DNA of 64,000 bases, taken from assembly GCA_964358005.1 (NCBI GenBank), contig CAYHNH010000002.1, forward strand, positions 18,596-82,595, read 5' to 3'. Under the pieces are notes generated by a model. The model saw only the letters and a program-made list of their open reading frames with translations. It did no database searches and was not told the DNA's origin. Positions 50,544 to 59,545 of this stretch are shown here, piece after piece (positions within the stretch are counted from its first letter, which is position 1; every line of letters starts with the position of its first letter). This DNA comes from an uncultured Candidatus Saccharibacteria bacterium. Lineage in GTDB: Bacteria > Patescibacteriota > Minisyncoccia > Phycocordibacterales > PALSA-1337. The position numbers and the translations under genes are program-made.

Positions 50544-50566
50544 GAGCTTAGTATATAAGAAATAAC

Positions 50567-51034
50567 ATGCTACACCAAACCATCAAAAACCAGATCAAAG
50601 ACGCCCTGCGTGCCAAAGACACCGTGAAGCTCGAGACCTTGCGAGGCCTCAATGCCCTGTTCCAGAACGAGATACTCACAGGCGCGGTTCCTGCAGGCAC
50701 TGAATTCCTGACCGATGACAAGGCTATGGCACTAGTCAAAAGGAGCGTCAAACAGCGCAAGGATTCTATCGAGCAATTCACCAAGGGCGGCCGCAAGGAC
50801 CTAGCGGACAAAGAAAAGGAGGAGCTAGCCATACTCGAGGCCTATCTGCCGTCCATGATGCCCCGTGAGGAGATCCGTCTCATCGCACGCGGAAGGATAG
50901 AGAAAATGAAATCAGAAGGCTCCTTCGACCCCAAGGCCGTGGGCAAGATCACTGGCATGCTCATGAAAGAACTGGCCGGCAAGGCTGATGGAGCCGATGT
51001 GAAAGCGGTGGTGGATGAGCTACTGAAGGCTTAG
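50567..51034 (+). CDS. GatB/YqeY domain protein
   Basis: KQRKDSIEQF..GGR.DLA.KE..E..IL..YLP. Confidence 0.93.
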   Translation: MLHQTIKNQIKDALRAKDTVKLETLRGLNALFQNEILTGAVPAGTEFLTDDKAMALVKRSVKQRKDSIEQFTKGGRKDLADKEKEELAILEAYLPSMMPREEIRLIARGRIEKMKSEGSFDPKAVGKITGMLMKELAGKADGADVKAVVDELLKA

Positions 51035-51043
51035 CGGAGCGAA

Positions 51044-51673
51044 ATGACACCCTCACGAAAGCAATTATCAATAGGTCTGGCGGTGCTTGCTGTGCTCATC
51101 GTCCTTTGGTCCTTATTTGGTCCAGAGAAGAAAACCGATGTCCTCAATCTCGATTCGAGAGGTACAACCATAGTGGCCTTCGGCGACAGCCTGGTACAAG
51201 GCGTCGGCTCCACAAGCGGCAACGACTTTGTTTCTCTGCTTTCTGGCGCCATAGGACGACCTATAGTGAACCTCGGCAAGAGCGGCGATACCACAGCATT
51301 GGCGTTGGCGAGGATCGACACCATATTCGAACATGACCCGCGCATAGTCATCGTCCTCTTAGGCGGCAATGACTTCCTGCGGAGAATCCCCATGGATACG
51401 ACCTTTGAGAATCTCTCCATCATAGTGAAAGCTATCCAAGCCCGCGGTGCCGCTGTGCTCGTTCTAGGTGTGAGAGGCGGCCTTCTCTATGACAGCTACA
51501 GAGCGCGCTTCGCCAGCTTCGCAAAGGAACACAGGACCGCCTTCGTTCCGAATGTTCTCGATGGCCTCGTCGGAGATGTCAGGTTGATGTCGGATTCCAT
51601 ACACCCTAATAACGTGGGACATGAAATGATAGCTAATAAGGTGTTGCCCGTACTCAAAGGGATGCTTGATTGA
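51044..51673 (+). CDS. SGNH/GDSL arylesterase (TesA-like)
   Basis: FGDSL, G.SGDTT, LGGND, DSIHPN. Confidence 0.93.
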   Translation: MTPSRKQLSIGLAVLAVLIVLWSLFGPEKKTDVLNLDSRGTTIVAFGDSLVQGVGSTSGNDFVSLLSGAIGRPIVNLGKSGDTTALALARIDTIFEHDPRIVIVLLGGNDFLRRIPMDTTFENLSIIVKAIQARGAAVLVLGVRGGLLYDSYRARFASFAKEHRTAFVPNVLDGLVGDVRLMSDSIHPNNVGHEMIANKVLPVLKGMLD

Positions 51674-51748
51674 CAACTCTCTTTTTTTAAGGTTAAGCTG
51701 ACAGCAGACCTCAATGCCAGCTATTTGAAAACCCTTCTTTTTCTTCCC

Positions 51749-52330
51749 ATGCTTTTCTCTATCACAGCCCCCTCTGGAGGCGGTAAAGAGTTCCTAAAAA
51801 AGGCCCTCTTAAAACGTTTCCCTCAGCTCAGTGAATTATGTTGGACCACCACGCGCTCGCTCCGCCACGGAGAGATCCAGGGCGTCACGCGTGAAAGCGT
51901 CACGCCTGACGAATTTGCCGCTATCAAGGACGAGCTCGAGCTCGTCCAGGAATTGCCCGGCGGCTCATATGGGATACGGAGAAAATTCCTTGAGCTTGGC
52001 TCCGGGAACTTCCTGACCGAATTCCATATCGAGAATCTGATGCGGTTCAGTGCTACTGGACCGCACCCGATAGCGATCGCCCTCGTCCCTCGAGACGTCA
52101 GCTTCCTCTCGGAGCGCCTCGAAAGACGGAAAACGGAATCTCCAGCCGAGATTGCCGCCCGCCTCAAAGCAGCTCCGATGGAGATCGAACTGATCTGCCA
52201 AAACCGTAGCCTTTTTTCTCTTATTGTGGAATTCACAAAAGAGGACGAGGATACTGTAGTAGGCAGAGTCTGCGAATTCGTCGGACAGATACTCGAACGA
52301 CAACCAACGGCAGCAACATCTTCAATATGA
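51749..52330 (+). CDS. guanylate-kinase-like NMP kinase
   Basis: APSGGGKE, TTTRSLRHGE..GV, YG, L.RR..E...I..RL; promoter TTGACA-N18-TAAGCT. Confidence 0.85.
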   Translation: MLFSITAPSGGGKEFLKKALLKRFPQLSELCWTTTRSLRHGEIQGVTRESVTPDEFAAIKDELELVQELPGGSYGIRRKFLELGSGNFLTEFHIENLMRFSATGPHPIAIALVPRDVSFLSERLERRKTESPAEIAARLKAAPMEIELICQNRSLFSLIVEFTKEDEDTVVGRVCEFVGQILERQPTAATSSI

Positions 52331-53475
52331 ACATTGCTTCACAAGTGGGTCCGATAACATTCGACACCCCTCTCCTCGTAGCCTCCGGCTACATCACCGA
52401 AACACCAGGATTCTTCCTTCGGGCTAGCCGCTTCGGCTGCTCTGGGATTATCACCCGTTCGCTCAAGGAATCAGTTCCGCCGGACGGCTCCGGGTTTCGG
52501 GCCCCGCGCTACAGCGTCTTCGACGGCCGTTCTATGCTCAATTGCGAATGGGGCAACGAACACCCTTGGACGAGCTGGCGGGATGTCTGGGCCGATCAGG
52601 TCAAGGCTACGGGCAAACGCCTGATCATATCGCTATCCGGCCGGGACATCGAGGGCTGTTCTCATCTCATCAGCGCCTTCGACAACAAGGCAGACGGATT
52701 CGAGGTGAACATCTCCTGCTCGCACTCAGGGGCGCTGCACGGCAACCTCAACCTGGACTTTGCCCACCTCCGGAAGCTCTTCTCCTCGATCCGGCCGCTC
52801 ACCAAGCTGCCGATCTGGCTCAAGCTCTCATATTCGCCCTTCGTGGTGGAAATGGCAGCCGAAGGCGAGAGGGTCGGAGCCGACGCGATCGTCTGCACGA
52901 ACAGCATCGGTCCGGGCATGCTCATCGATATCGAGACTGGTAGCCCCAGGGTCGGCATCAAAGGCGGAGCTGGCGGCGTCACTGGACCAGCCATCTTCCC
53001 TATCGCGCTGCGCTGTGTCTATGAGATCAAAAAAGCCGTATCCATACCAGTTGTGGGCGTCGGTGGCATCTCGAGCGCGGGCGACGTGATCCAGATGATG
53101 ATGGCAGGAGCGTCGGCTGTCCAGCTCTACACACTGCCGGCACTGCGTGGTCCTAAGGCGTTTGGGGAGATAAGGGAGGAGCTGATGGCATTCCTGGCTG
53201 CTCATCCGCAGTTCCCCAGCCTGTCCAGTATCGTCGGACTTAGCCTGGACAAGGCCACCGAGCACCGCTTTGCAGCGCCAGCCCCGATCGTGGATGGCGA
53301 CAAATGCACGGGCTGCGGCATCTGCATTCCAAGCTGTTCCTTCGGGGCGATCAGGCTTTCGGCGATGAACGGCCCAGCCAAGGCCGTGATCAAGGACACC
53401 TGCATCGGCTGCAACGCCTGTGTCGGAGTCTGCCCGCCCGAATTAGGGGCGATCTCAACCACCTACCAATCATGA
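52327..53475 (+). CDS. dihydroorotate/dihydropyrimidine dehydrogenase-like FMN protein with 2x[4Fe-4S] domain (PreA-like)
   Basis: VASG, EVNISCSH, WLKLS, TNS, GGVTGPAI.PIAL, GVGGI; CxxCxxCxxxC twice. Confidence 0.88.
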   Translation: MNIASQVGPITFDTPLLVASGYITETPGFFLRASRFGCSGIITRSLKESVPPDGSGFRAPRYSVFDGRSMLNCEWGNEHPWTSWRDVWADQVKATGKRLIISLSGRDIEGCSHLISAFDNKADGFEVNISCSHSGALHGNLNLDFAHLRKLFSSIRPLTKLPIWLKLSYSPFVVEMAAEGERVGADAIVCTNSIGPGMLIDIETGSPRVGIKGGAGGVTGPAIFPIALRCVYEIKKAVSIPVVGVGGISSAGDVIQMMMAGASAVQLYTLPALRGPKAFGEIREELMAFLAAHPQFPSLSSIVGLSLDKATEHRFAAPAPIVDGDKCTGCGICIPSCSFGAIRLSAMNGPAKAVIKDTCIGCNACVGVCPPELGAISTTYQS

Positions 53476-53723
53476 GTAAACCGATATTCCCGATAGAGAT
53501 CTATTGCAAAGGCTGCAATACGCTCCTCTACAAATACGACAAGGAGGGCGCCGGCTCTCTGGTGAAGTGCTTCGTCAATCGGATCACCCAGAACAACACG
53601 CAAGGCGACTGCAGGTGCCCGAAGTGCGGCACACGGTTCGCGAGGCCGAGTCAGATTATGAATCGGCCGATCCACAAGATCATCGGCGGAAAGGTGTATA
53701 CCAAGGGTCACTGCCCGAAGTGA
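53472..53723 (+). CDS. small Zn-ribbon protein
   Basis: YCKGC..LYKY.KEG.GSLVKC..RI..CPKCG..FAR; overlaps upstream stop (ATGA). Confidence 0.8.
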   Translation: MSKPIFPIEIYCKGCNTLLYKYDKEGAGSLVKCFVNRITQNNTQGDCRCPKCGTRFARPSQIMNRPIHKIIGGKVYTKGHCPK

Positions 53724-53741
53724 TGCCTGCCCCGCGTTACC

Positions 53742-53767
53742 GAGGCGACTCCGTGTCGCCTCTTTTT
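53742..53767 (+). terminator. intrinsic terminator
   Basis: GAGGCGAC-TCCGT-GTCGCCTC-TTTTT. Confidence 0.75.
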
Positions 53768-54377
53768 ATTTATTCAGATACCTTCTGTCACGAAAATATC
53801 CAGGTTCGTATTTTGCATAATCAAAAATCGAGTTGGCCTCCCTGTTCAGAGTCTCGATATAGGCATAGAAGCCTTCGTCGGTGAATGTCTTGAGCTTGAG
53901 CTCTTCGCATAGTGCGAGTAGTTCGGCTTCGGCTTTGTGCGCATCAACTGCAGTGGCCAGTATCTCGGCCTCAAAATAGTAGCTGTGCCCAGGCACCTCT
54001 ACTAGGGCGAACTCCACATTCTTGTAATCATAAACAAGGCTGTTCCTGACGCAGAGAACGCCCTTCGTGTATCCAAGCTCACCAAAAGCCCTGACAAGAT
54101 CGTCGAAACTGCCCTTTTCTGTATGAATTGATATCTCCTCCCTTTTTTCAGAACCACCCCAGGCACCCAGCTTTATGATTATCTCCGGTATACCGTTAGT
54201 TTCCCTGACCCGTATGTCCTTCTTCCTATCCCTGACGCCAGAGGAAAAATCTATCAGGACGCGCTCCTTCTTCTGTTTGAAAATAGAGTTCTTTGAGAGA
54301 AAAGAGTTCAACACATCGAATTCATCCTTCGAGAGAAGTCCTCGCACCTCTGCTTCGATATTCTTTACATTTGTCAT
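53766..54377 (-). CDS. CYTH-domain protein
   Basis: N-terminal EAEVR (ExExK/R), IRVR, K, REE, YFEAE. Confidence 0.85.
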   Translation of the reverse strand: MTNVKNIEAEVRGLLSKDEFDVLNSFLSKNSIFKQKKERVLIDFSSGVRDRKKDIRVRETNGIPEIIIKLGAWGGSEKREEISIHTEKGSFDDLVRAFGELGYTKGVLCVRNSLVYDYKNVEFALVEVPGHSYYFEAEILATAVDAHKAEAELLALCEELKLKTFTDEGFYAYIETLNREANSIFDYAKYEPGYFRDRRYLNK

Positions 54378-54381
54378 TGGT

Positions 54382-55401
54382 TTAGGCCGTAGCTTTTTGG
54401 ATAAGCTGCCGCACGCACATGGTAGCATAGCATCCGGCAGGTAGGAAAAATGCCAGCCTTAGCTTGCAGCACCCTTTATTGAGATCGTCATCCCCGACTT
54501 CGAGAACATATATGGCCGTAGTTATGATAGCACAGCGAGAGTTCTCCCTTCGGATAGGCTTCATGCCAGGACCTATCTTATACCCTTCATTAGAAAAAAT
54601 ATTCTTAGCCACAAAGACATTGCCACCTGGGACAAAGAGCTCTGCGACGTTCTCGAACTTATGATGCGCACCATTATTCGACTTCTGGAGATCTTCCGAC
54701 AGTGCGTGATTCCAATGATAGCTCTCATACGCCGAAACGAAAAAATCGACCTTCTTCGGGTTTAGGCCAGCGAATATCCCCTTAGGCTCGGCACTGGGTG
54801 GAATTGTCCCGATCTTGTTATTCGATCTCACTAGCTGGGTGTATGCCTCTTCCCAGTCTTCTTCGATTATAGCTTTGCCGATTAGGTGAGTGTTAAACGG
54901 CCCCCCAGGCATGCCGAACCGCTGGGAATCGTAATAATTTATAAAGCTTATGAACTTGTTATCCCTGCAATATTCGACGACGCTCTCCGCGGCATCTTTC
55001 TCCAGATCGCGCACGATGAGGTCGAAACAATTGCCATGAAGCATCTTGGGCTGGACTGGCTCGCGGCCGTAGCCAAGGATCCTCTCCAGAGAAATATATG
55101 ATTTCTCACCAGAGTGACTTCCATTGAAAGCATCTAAGTCAGACTGGACGAGAGCCTTACGCATCGAAATGATCTGGGAGGTTATACCATCCTCATCTTT
55201 GAGCCCTTCCGCAGACACATCTTCGTATTCAAGCTCGAAAAATATCTTGAGAAATTCCTGGGCGTCGAATGTAGTATATCCGCTCTTCTTGAGCCAAATA
55301 TAGGTGAATGGGCCTTCTCCACGAAAGCGAGGGAGGAGCGGGACCTCGGTGACTTCAAAGTCATCATTCCTAACCTTCAACATGTAATTCGTGGAAGCCA
55401 T
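54382..55401 (-). CDS. TruD-family pseudouridine synthase-like protein
   Basis: DDFEVTE, GLKDEDGITSQ, GNCF, NYYDSQRFG, FLPAGCYAT; start reset to 55401. Confidence 0.88.
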   Translation of the reverse strand: MASTNYMLKVRNDDFEVTEVPLLPRFRGEGPFTYIWLKKSGYTTFDAQEFLKIFFELEYEDVSAEGLKDEDGITSQIISMRKALVQSDLDAFNGSHSGEKSYISLERILGYGREPVQPKMLHGNCFDLIVRDLEKDAAESVVEYCRDNKFISFINYYDSQRFGMPGGPFNTHLIGKAIIEEDWEEAYTQLVRSNNKIGTIPPSAEPKGIFAGLNPKKVDFFVSAYESYHWNHALSEDLQKSNNGAHHKFENVAELFVPGGNVFVAKNIFSNEGYKIGPGMKPIRRENSRCAIITTAIYVLEVGDDDLNKGCCKLRLAFFLPAGCYATMCVRQLIQKATA

Positions 55402-55537
55402 AAGGTAAAAAATAGGAAATGCTATTAACATTAGCATAGGTGCATTTGAGCGCAATACTGGGTGTGAATTGCCTACATGCAGCATGACAGGTTGTCGAAA
55501 CCTGATTTTCATCGTAAAATTACGCCAGTCCTTGAAA

Positions 55538-56125
55538 ATGCATCCCACATTTACCTTTGACGCCGACGCATTCGCGCGCGTCCAAAGGATCCTTAGCCTG
55601 AGATCAGACGACATCGCGCACATGCTAGCGACTGACAGATGCCTAGTGATCGGCAGAACCGGGCTGGGCAACATCCAGATCCTCTTCTGGAGCCAAGACG
55701 ACCGGAAATTCTTCGTTGCCGAGGTGATCGAGCTCGAAAGACGCGTAATCTCGATCGAGCTACTGACCCGGAACCATCCCAAGGTGGAGGAGGATGACCT
55801 CCTAGCCATGATCAGCCAAAGCTCTCGTGAATCAGCCTGCAAGAGACAGCGGCGGGAGAGGAGACAGCCGACCAATCCCCAAAACTACATCTTCACTTTT
55901 TCGCTCGGTCGGCCGGGCGCGGTGCCGCGGATAAAAAGGGTGAAGATACCTGTCAGCGATTTTCCGAGCTATGTTAGGGACCCGACCGGTCTCGAACGCG
56001 AGCGCGCTTTGATCGAGCGCCTCCAGTTCCTGATCGCGCAGGAGATCCAGCCGGGAGAGAATCTCCTCGGCATCAGAGTGAGCTCTGGTCAAAATGCTTG
56101 GCGGTTGCCCTTCAATCTGCCCTAG
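55538..56125 (+). CDS. hypothetical protein
   Basis: Promoter TTGTCG-N17-TAAAAT upstream, hairpin terminator at 56132-56157. Confidence 0.6.
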   Translation: MHPTFTFDADAFARVQRILSLRSDDIAHMLATDRCLVIGRTGLGNIQILFWSQDDRKFFVAEVIELERRVISIELLTRNHPKVEEDDLLAMISQSSRESACKRQRRERRQPTNPQNYIFTFSLGRPGAVPRIKRVKIPVSDFPSYVRDPTGLERERALIERLQFLIAQEIQPGENLLGIRVSSGQNAWRLPFNLP

Positions 56126-56178
56126 TTACACAACCGGCGGCTTTGCCTCCGGTTTTATTGTTCACGGAAATAACCACT

Positions 56179-57792
56179 CTACGCTTTCCTAAATGGCTCC
56201 AATTCCACCACGAATGTCGAGCCCTTGCCTTCTCCGGCTGATTCCGCCCTTATGGTGCCATGATGTGCCTCCACCATCTGCTTGGCCACGAACAGTCCGA
56301 GTCCGGTGCCCTTGATGTTGACCTTGTTGGCATTGTTGGCTCGCGAGAATTTCTGGAAGAGATGCGGCAATATCTCCGGATCTATGCCTATGCCAGTGTC
56401 CTTGATCTCAAATATGATGACCTGCCTCTTGTGATCGAATGACAGAGTAACTGCAACCGAGCCGGAAGGCGTGTATTTCACCGAATTATCTACGAGGTTG
56501 GCTATGACCTGCTTCAGCTTGTCGCGGTCAGCGGTTATGCGGTAATCGGTACCGTTGTTCTCGGCAGCGAAACTGAAGTTCAAGCCCTTACCCTCAATGT
56601 TCGGCTTGAGCTCGGCTATGACGTCCTCGACCATGAGTTTGAGGTCAATGGTCTCGAATGTATATTTCATCGTTCCGAGCTCTATCCTGCTGATATTAAG
56701 GTAGTCGTTAACTATACTGACCAGTGTGTTCGTAGAATCAAATATGCGCTCTATGCCCTCCTTGGCCGCCGGCGGCAGTTCTCCCATGTCGCCTTCGAGC
56801 AATAGAGAGCCGTAACCCTTCATGGCCGTAAGCGGCGCGCGCAGCTGATGCGTAGCGAACGACACGAACTCTGACTTCTGCCTATCCAGCTCCGTGAGGC
56901 GCGTATTGGCCTTCTCCAGATCATCTGCCAGCTTTTGGATGCGTTCGCGTTGTTCAATCTCGTTAAACACATTCTTTACCAACCAAATTCCAAATATAAC
57001 AGTCAAAACAAGGATAACTCCACCAATAATTGCATCCTCAAAACTCTGTGCAAGTACAACCCTAAATAGTAAGGTTATCCAGATCGTTGCTGTCAGCAAT
57101 TGAGCTGTTATAACCCTAATATCAAACAGCTTATATTTTAAAATCGCATAGGCAATAATGAGTGGATAAAATGCAAATAATATCACTGGAAACGGTGGAA
57201 TCAGTACATTGAAGGTCAGAAGGAAAACACTACTACCACCTATAAATCCAGCTACCGATGAAAAAAGGATGTACTTAAGTCTGTGACCTTCCTCTTTTGA
57301 AACCTTCTTTATCTTTAATGATAGTAATATCAACGCAAAAATTACCGTCGCAAAAAAGTAAACAGTAAATGCAACATACAGCGGCCCTGCATTTGGTACA
57401 TAGGGCAAAGTTCCCTTAGAGAATACATCGGTAACAAATAATACAGAAGGCGTAACGGATGCAAAATATATAGCTATTATTCCAAAAACAAATAAAAAGG
57501 GCTTATATTTTTTTAATTCTTCAATAACAGTAATTATAAAAAACAAATAAAAAAATGGAATAAATGATGCACCGATATGTAAAATAATATCGCTTAAAAC
57601 TGCGGCTTCTTTACTTGAGGCTATTAGCATACTGTAATAACCAAAACTCCATATGCCTGTTGATATAGAGAGCAAAAGCCAAATTATGCTTTTAAGTTGC
57701 TTCGAGTTACTTAAAAAAACCAACAATCCAGAACCGAGAGCAACTAAACCACCTATAAAAAGAGACAAGCTATAGTATGTAAAGAAAAACAT
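56179..57792 (-). CDS. sensor histidine kinase with 7TM (HisKA_7TM-like) input, HK1
   Basis: Multi-TM N-terminus; ATHQLRAP, N box NLVDNSVKY, DTGIG, GTGLGL. Confidence 0.93.
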   Translation of the reverse strand: MFFFTYYSLSLFIGGLVALGSGLLVFLSNSKQLKSIIWLLLSISTGIWSFGYYSMLIASSKEAAVLSDIILHIGASFIPFFYLFFIITVIEELKKYKPFLFVFGIIAIYFASVTPSVLFVTDVFSKGTLPYVPNAGPLYVAFTVYFFATVIFALILLSLKIKKVSKEEGHRLKYILFSSVAGFIGGSSVFLLTFNVLIPPFPVILFAFYPLIIAYAILKYKLFDIRVITAQLLTATIWITLLFRVVLAQSFEDAIIGGVILVLTVIFGIWLVKNVFNEIEQRERIQKLADDLEKANTRLTELDRQKSEFVSFATHQLRAPLTAMKGYGSLLLEGDMGELPPAAKEGIERIFDSTNTLVSIVNDYLNISRIELGTMKYTFETIDLKLMVEDVIAELKPNIEGKGLNFSFAAENNGTDYRITADRDKLKQVIANLVDNSVKYTPSGSVAVTLSFDHKRQVIIFEIKDTGIGIDPEILPHLFQKFSRANNANKVNIKGTGLGLFVAKQMVEAHHGTIRAESAGEGKGSTFVVELEPFRKA

Positions 57793-57815
57793 GTTCTGTG
57801 GATTGATTATAACAT

Positions 57816-59471
57816 CTATTTCATCATTCCTTGATATAGGTATTTGTTGCCCAATTCAGATGCATTTGGTGTAGATATTAGAAATTCAGCAAGATCCTCT
57901 ATTGAGGAAAAAACTATGTTTGTCCCATGATGAGGCTCAATATGTACATCACCCATATACAAGGATTTGGATTTTAATGCATTTTCAAATACGTCCATTT
58001 TACCGGCTAATGCATATATTGAGGATTGAATGGTAGAACAAGCTACGTGTGGATTATCATATCCATGTACATAAAAACCCTCCGGAATAAGATTATGTTG
58101 AATATATCCATGCCAATGGACAAGAGCAACCCCATTTTTTGCCATACGGTTAGAAAATTCTTGTTGGATTCCAGTAGACTTCTCTATACGATTAAGAACT
58201 GACGAAATGATTGCATTACCAACGGCATGAGCGAGAATTACTCTGGTGTCAAACGAGGGACGATAGTCTCTCCTAATACGACAGCCTATTGGAGTCCTTA
58301 AATACATTTTCCCATTCACAAGACCCATGAGAAAAATGTCGCGATGGGGATCTATTTTTGTTTTATCCGAACCAGACCTTTGTGTTAAAACCCAGACATC
58401 AGGTACTTTTAAAAAAAACCTGCCCAGCGGCAATTCCATGATTAAGTAAAGCTCGTCGTTCTTAATGAAATAATCCTGACCAAGTTTAATAGAATGTTTA
58501 GAAATATCCTCGTCAGAAAGAGGTACTAATCCTACAGGGACCGATGGAAGCTGCCTGGCGAGAAATCCATAACTCATACCGCTCCTGTGATCTAAATGAA
58601 GCTTTCCAATCCACTTATAAAAACCAGACCTAAATGGCAAATCTTCAACTTTTTTACCAGGCGGGTACAAATTAGTTTTATTAAACTTTTCTCCCCCGGT
58701 AACGAAATCTTTTAGAAGAGTTTTATATGGGTCTGAATCTACATCAAAAGATTCTGGCTCTACTATGAAATCCTTAAGGTAAGGTGGTCTAATTGGAGCA
58801 GCTACCTTTGGTATAAGTGCCTTTAAAATATTTCCCTTAAAATTTTTATGTAAGGGATACACCGGGTGTGAAGCATTGAAATTATAAATTATAAACTTAT
58901 CCGCAGAGACAAGTATCGCAATTTGTGTCATATGATAAGAAAAAATATTCATCGCGGCATCAAAGTGCGTAGAGAAGTTGCTTGTTTCATCTATGCCTGC
59001 AGGACATTTTAATACAGTAATTATTGTGTTCTGCGTAAAACTAGATGTGTAATCCATAGGCAACTGAGAGGATCTATTCTCACCCAAAGCAACAACTGTT
59101 ATTCCTTTTCTTATTCGCATTCTTTTAAAAAGGTTTAAAAAAGCTCCAGCGTGAATATTATGATAGGAATGGTCTTTGTTGATCATCTCTAAAACCGTAT
59201 ATAAAAAATTATTTGCGCAAATCTTTAGGAATCTTTTTAAAATTGTTGCAATAGAAATTTTCTCGAGAGATTTTTCATATGGAACTATCCTAACTCCTAG
59301 CTCTAGAAGTGCAGCCTCGAGCAAATCTTTAAAAATCAAGGTCTCCCTACTACAACTTTCAGAACTATATGGAAAAAAAGTAAAAACTAGTTTTTTGGCC
59401 ATCTGCTCAGGCTGAAGATCAGTAGAGGTTTCGATGCCCAGAATTCGCTCTATCGCTAATTTACTTAACAT
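57816..59471 (-). CDS. unknown N-terminal domain + class II aldolase/adducin-like domain
   Basis: TQRSGSDK, RPSFDT, LVHWHG, ACST and PHHG match the order of AraD/FucA motifs. Confidence 0.65.
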   Translation of the reverse strand: MLSKLAIERILGIETSTDLQPEQMAKKLVFTFFPYSSESCSRETLIFKDLLEAALLELGVRIVPYEKSLEKISIATILKRFLKICANNFLYTVLEMINKDHSYHNIHAGAFLNLFKRMRIRKGITVVALGENRSSQLPMDYTSSFTQNTIITVLKCPAGIDETSNFSTHFDAAMNIFSYHMTQIAILVSADKFIIYNFNASHPVYPLHKNFKGNILKALIPKVAAPIRPPYLKDFIVEPESFDVDSDPYKTLLKDFVTGGEKFNKTNLYPPGKKVEDLPFRSGFYKWIGKLHLDHRSGMSYGFLARQLPSVPVGLVPLSDEDISKHSIKLGQDYFIKNDELYLIMELPLGRFFLKVPDVWVLTQRSGSDKTKIDPHRDIFLMGLVNGKMYLRTPIGCRIRRDYRPSFDTRVILAHAVGNAIISSVLNRIEKSTGIQQEFSNRMAKNGVALVHWHGYIQHNLIPEGFYVHGYDNPHVACSTIQSSIYALAGKMDVFENALKSKSLYMGDVHIEPHHGTNIVFSSIEDLAEFLISTPNASELGNKYLYQGMMK

Positions 59472-59545
59472 TTAATTGGGTTAAACCAGGGTAGTGGATA
59501 TACGAGTATTATTGTATCATAGGAATTTGACCACTACTTATAGTT

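Noticed and set aside
55402-55875. 158-aa N-terminal extension of TruD
   Set aside because: Overlaps a divergent gene and promoters; TruD motifs start after 55401
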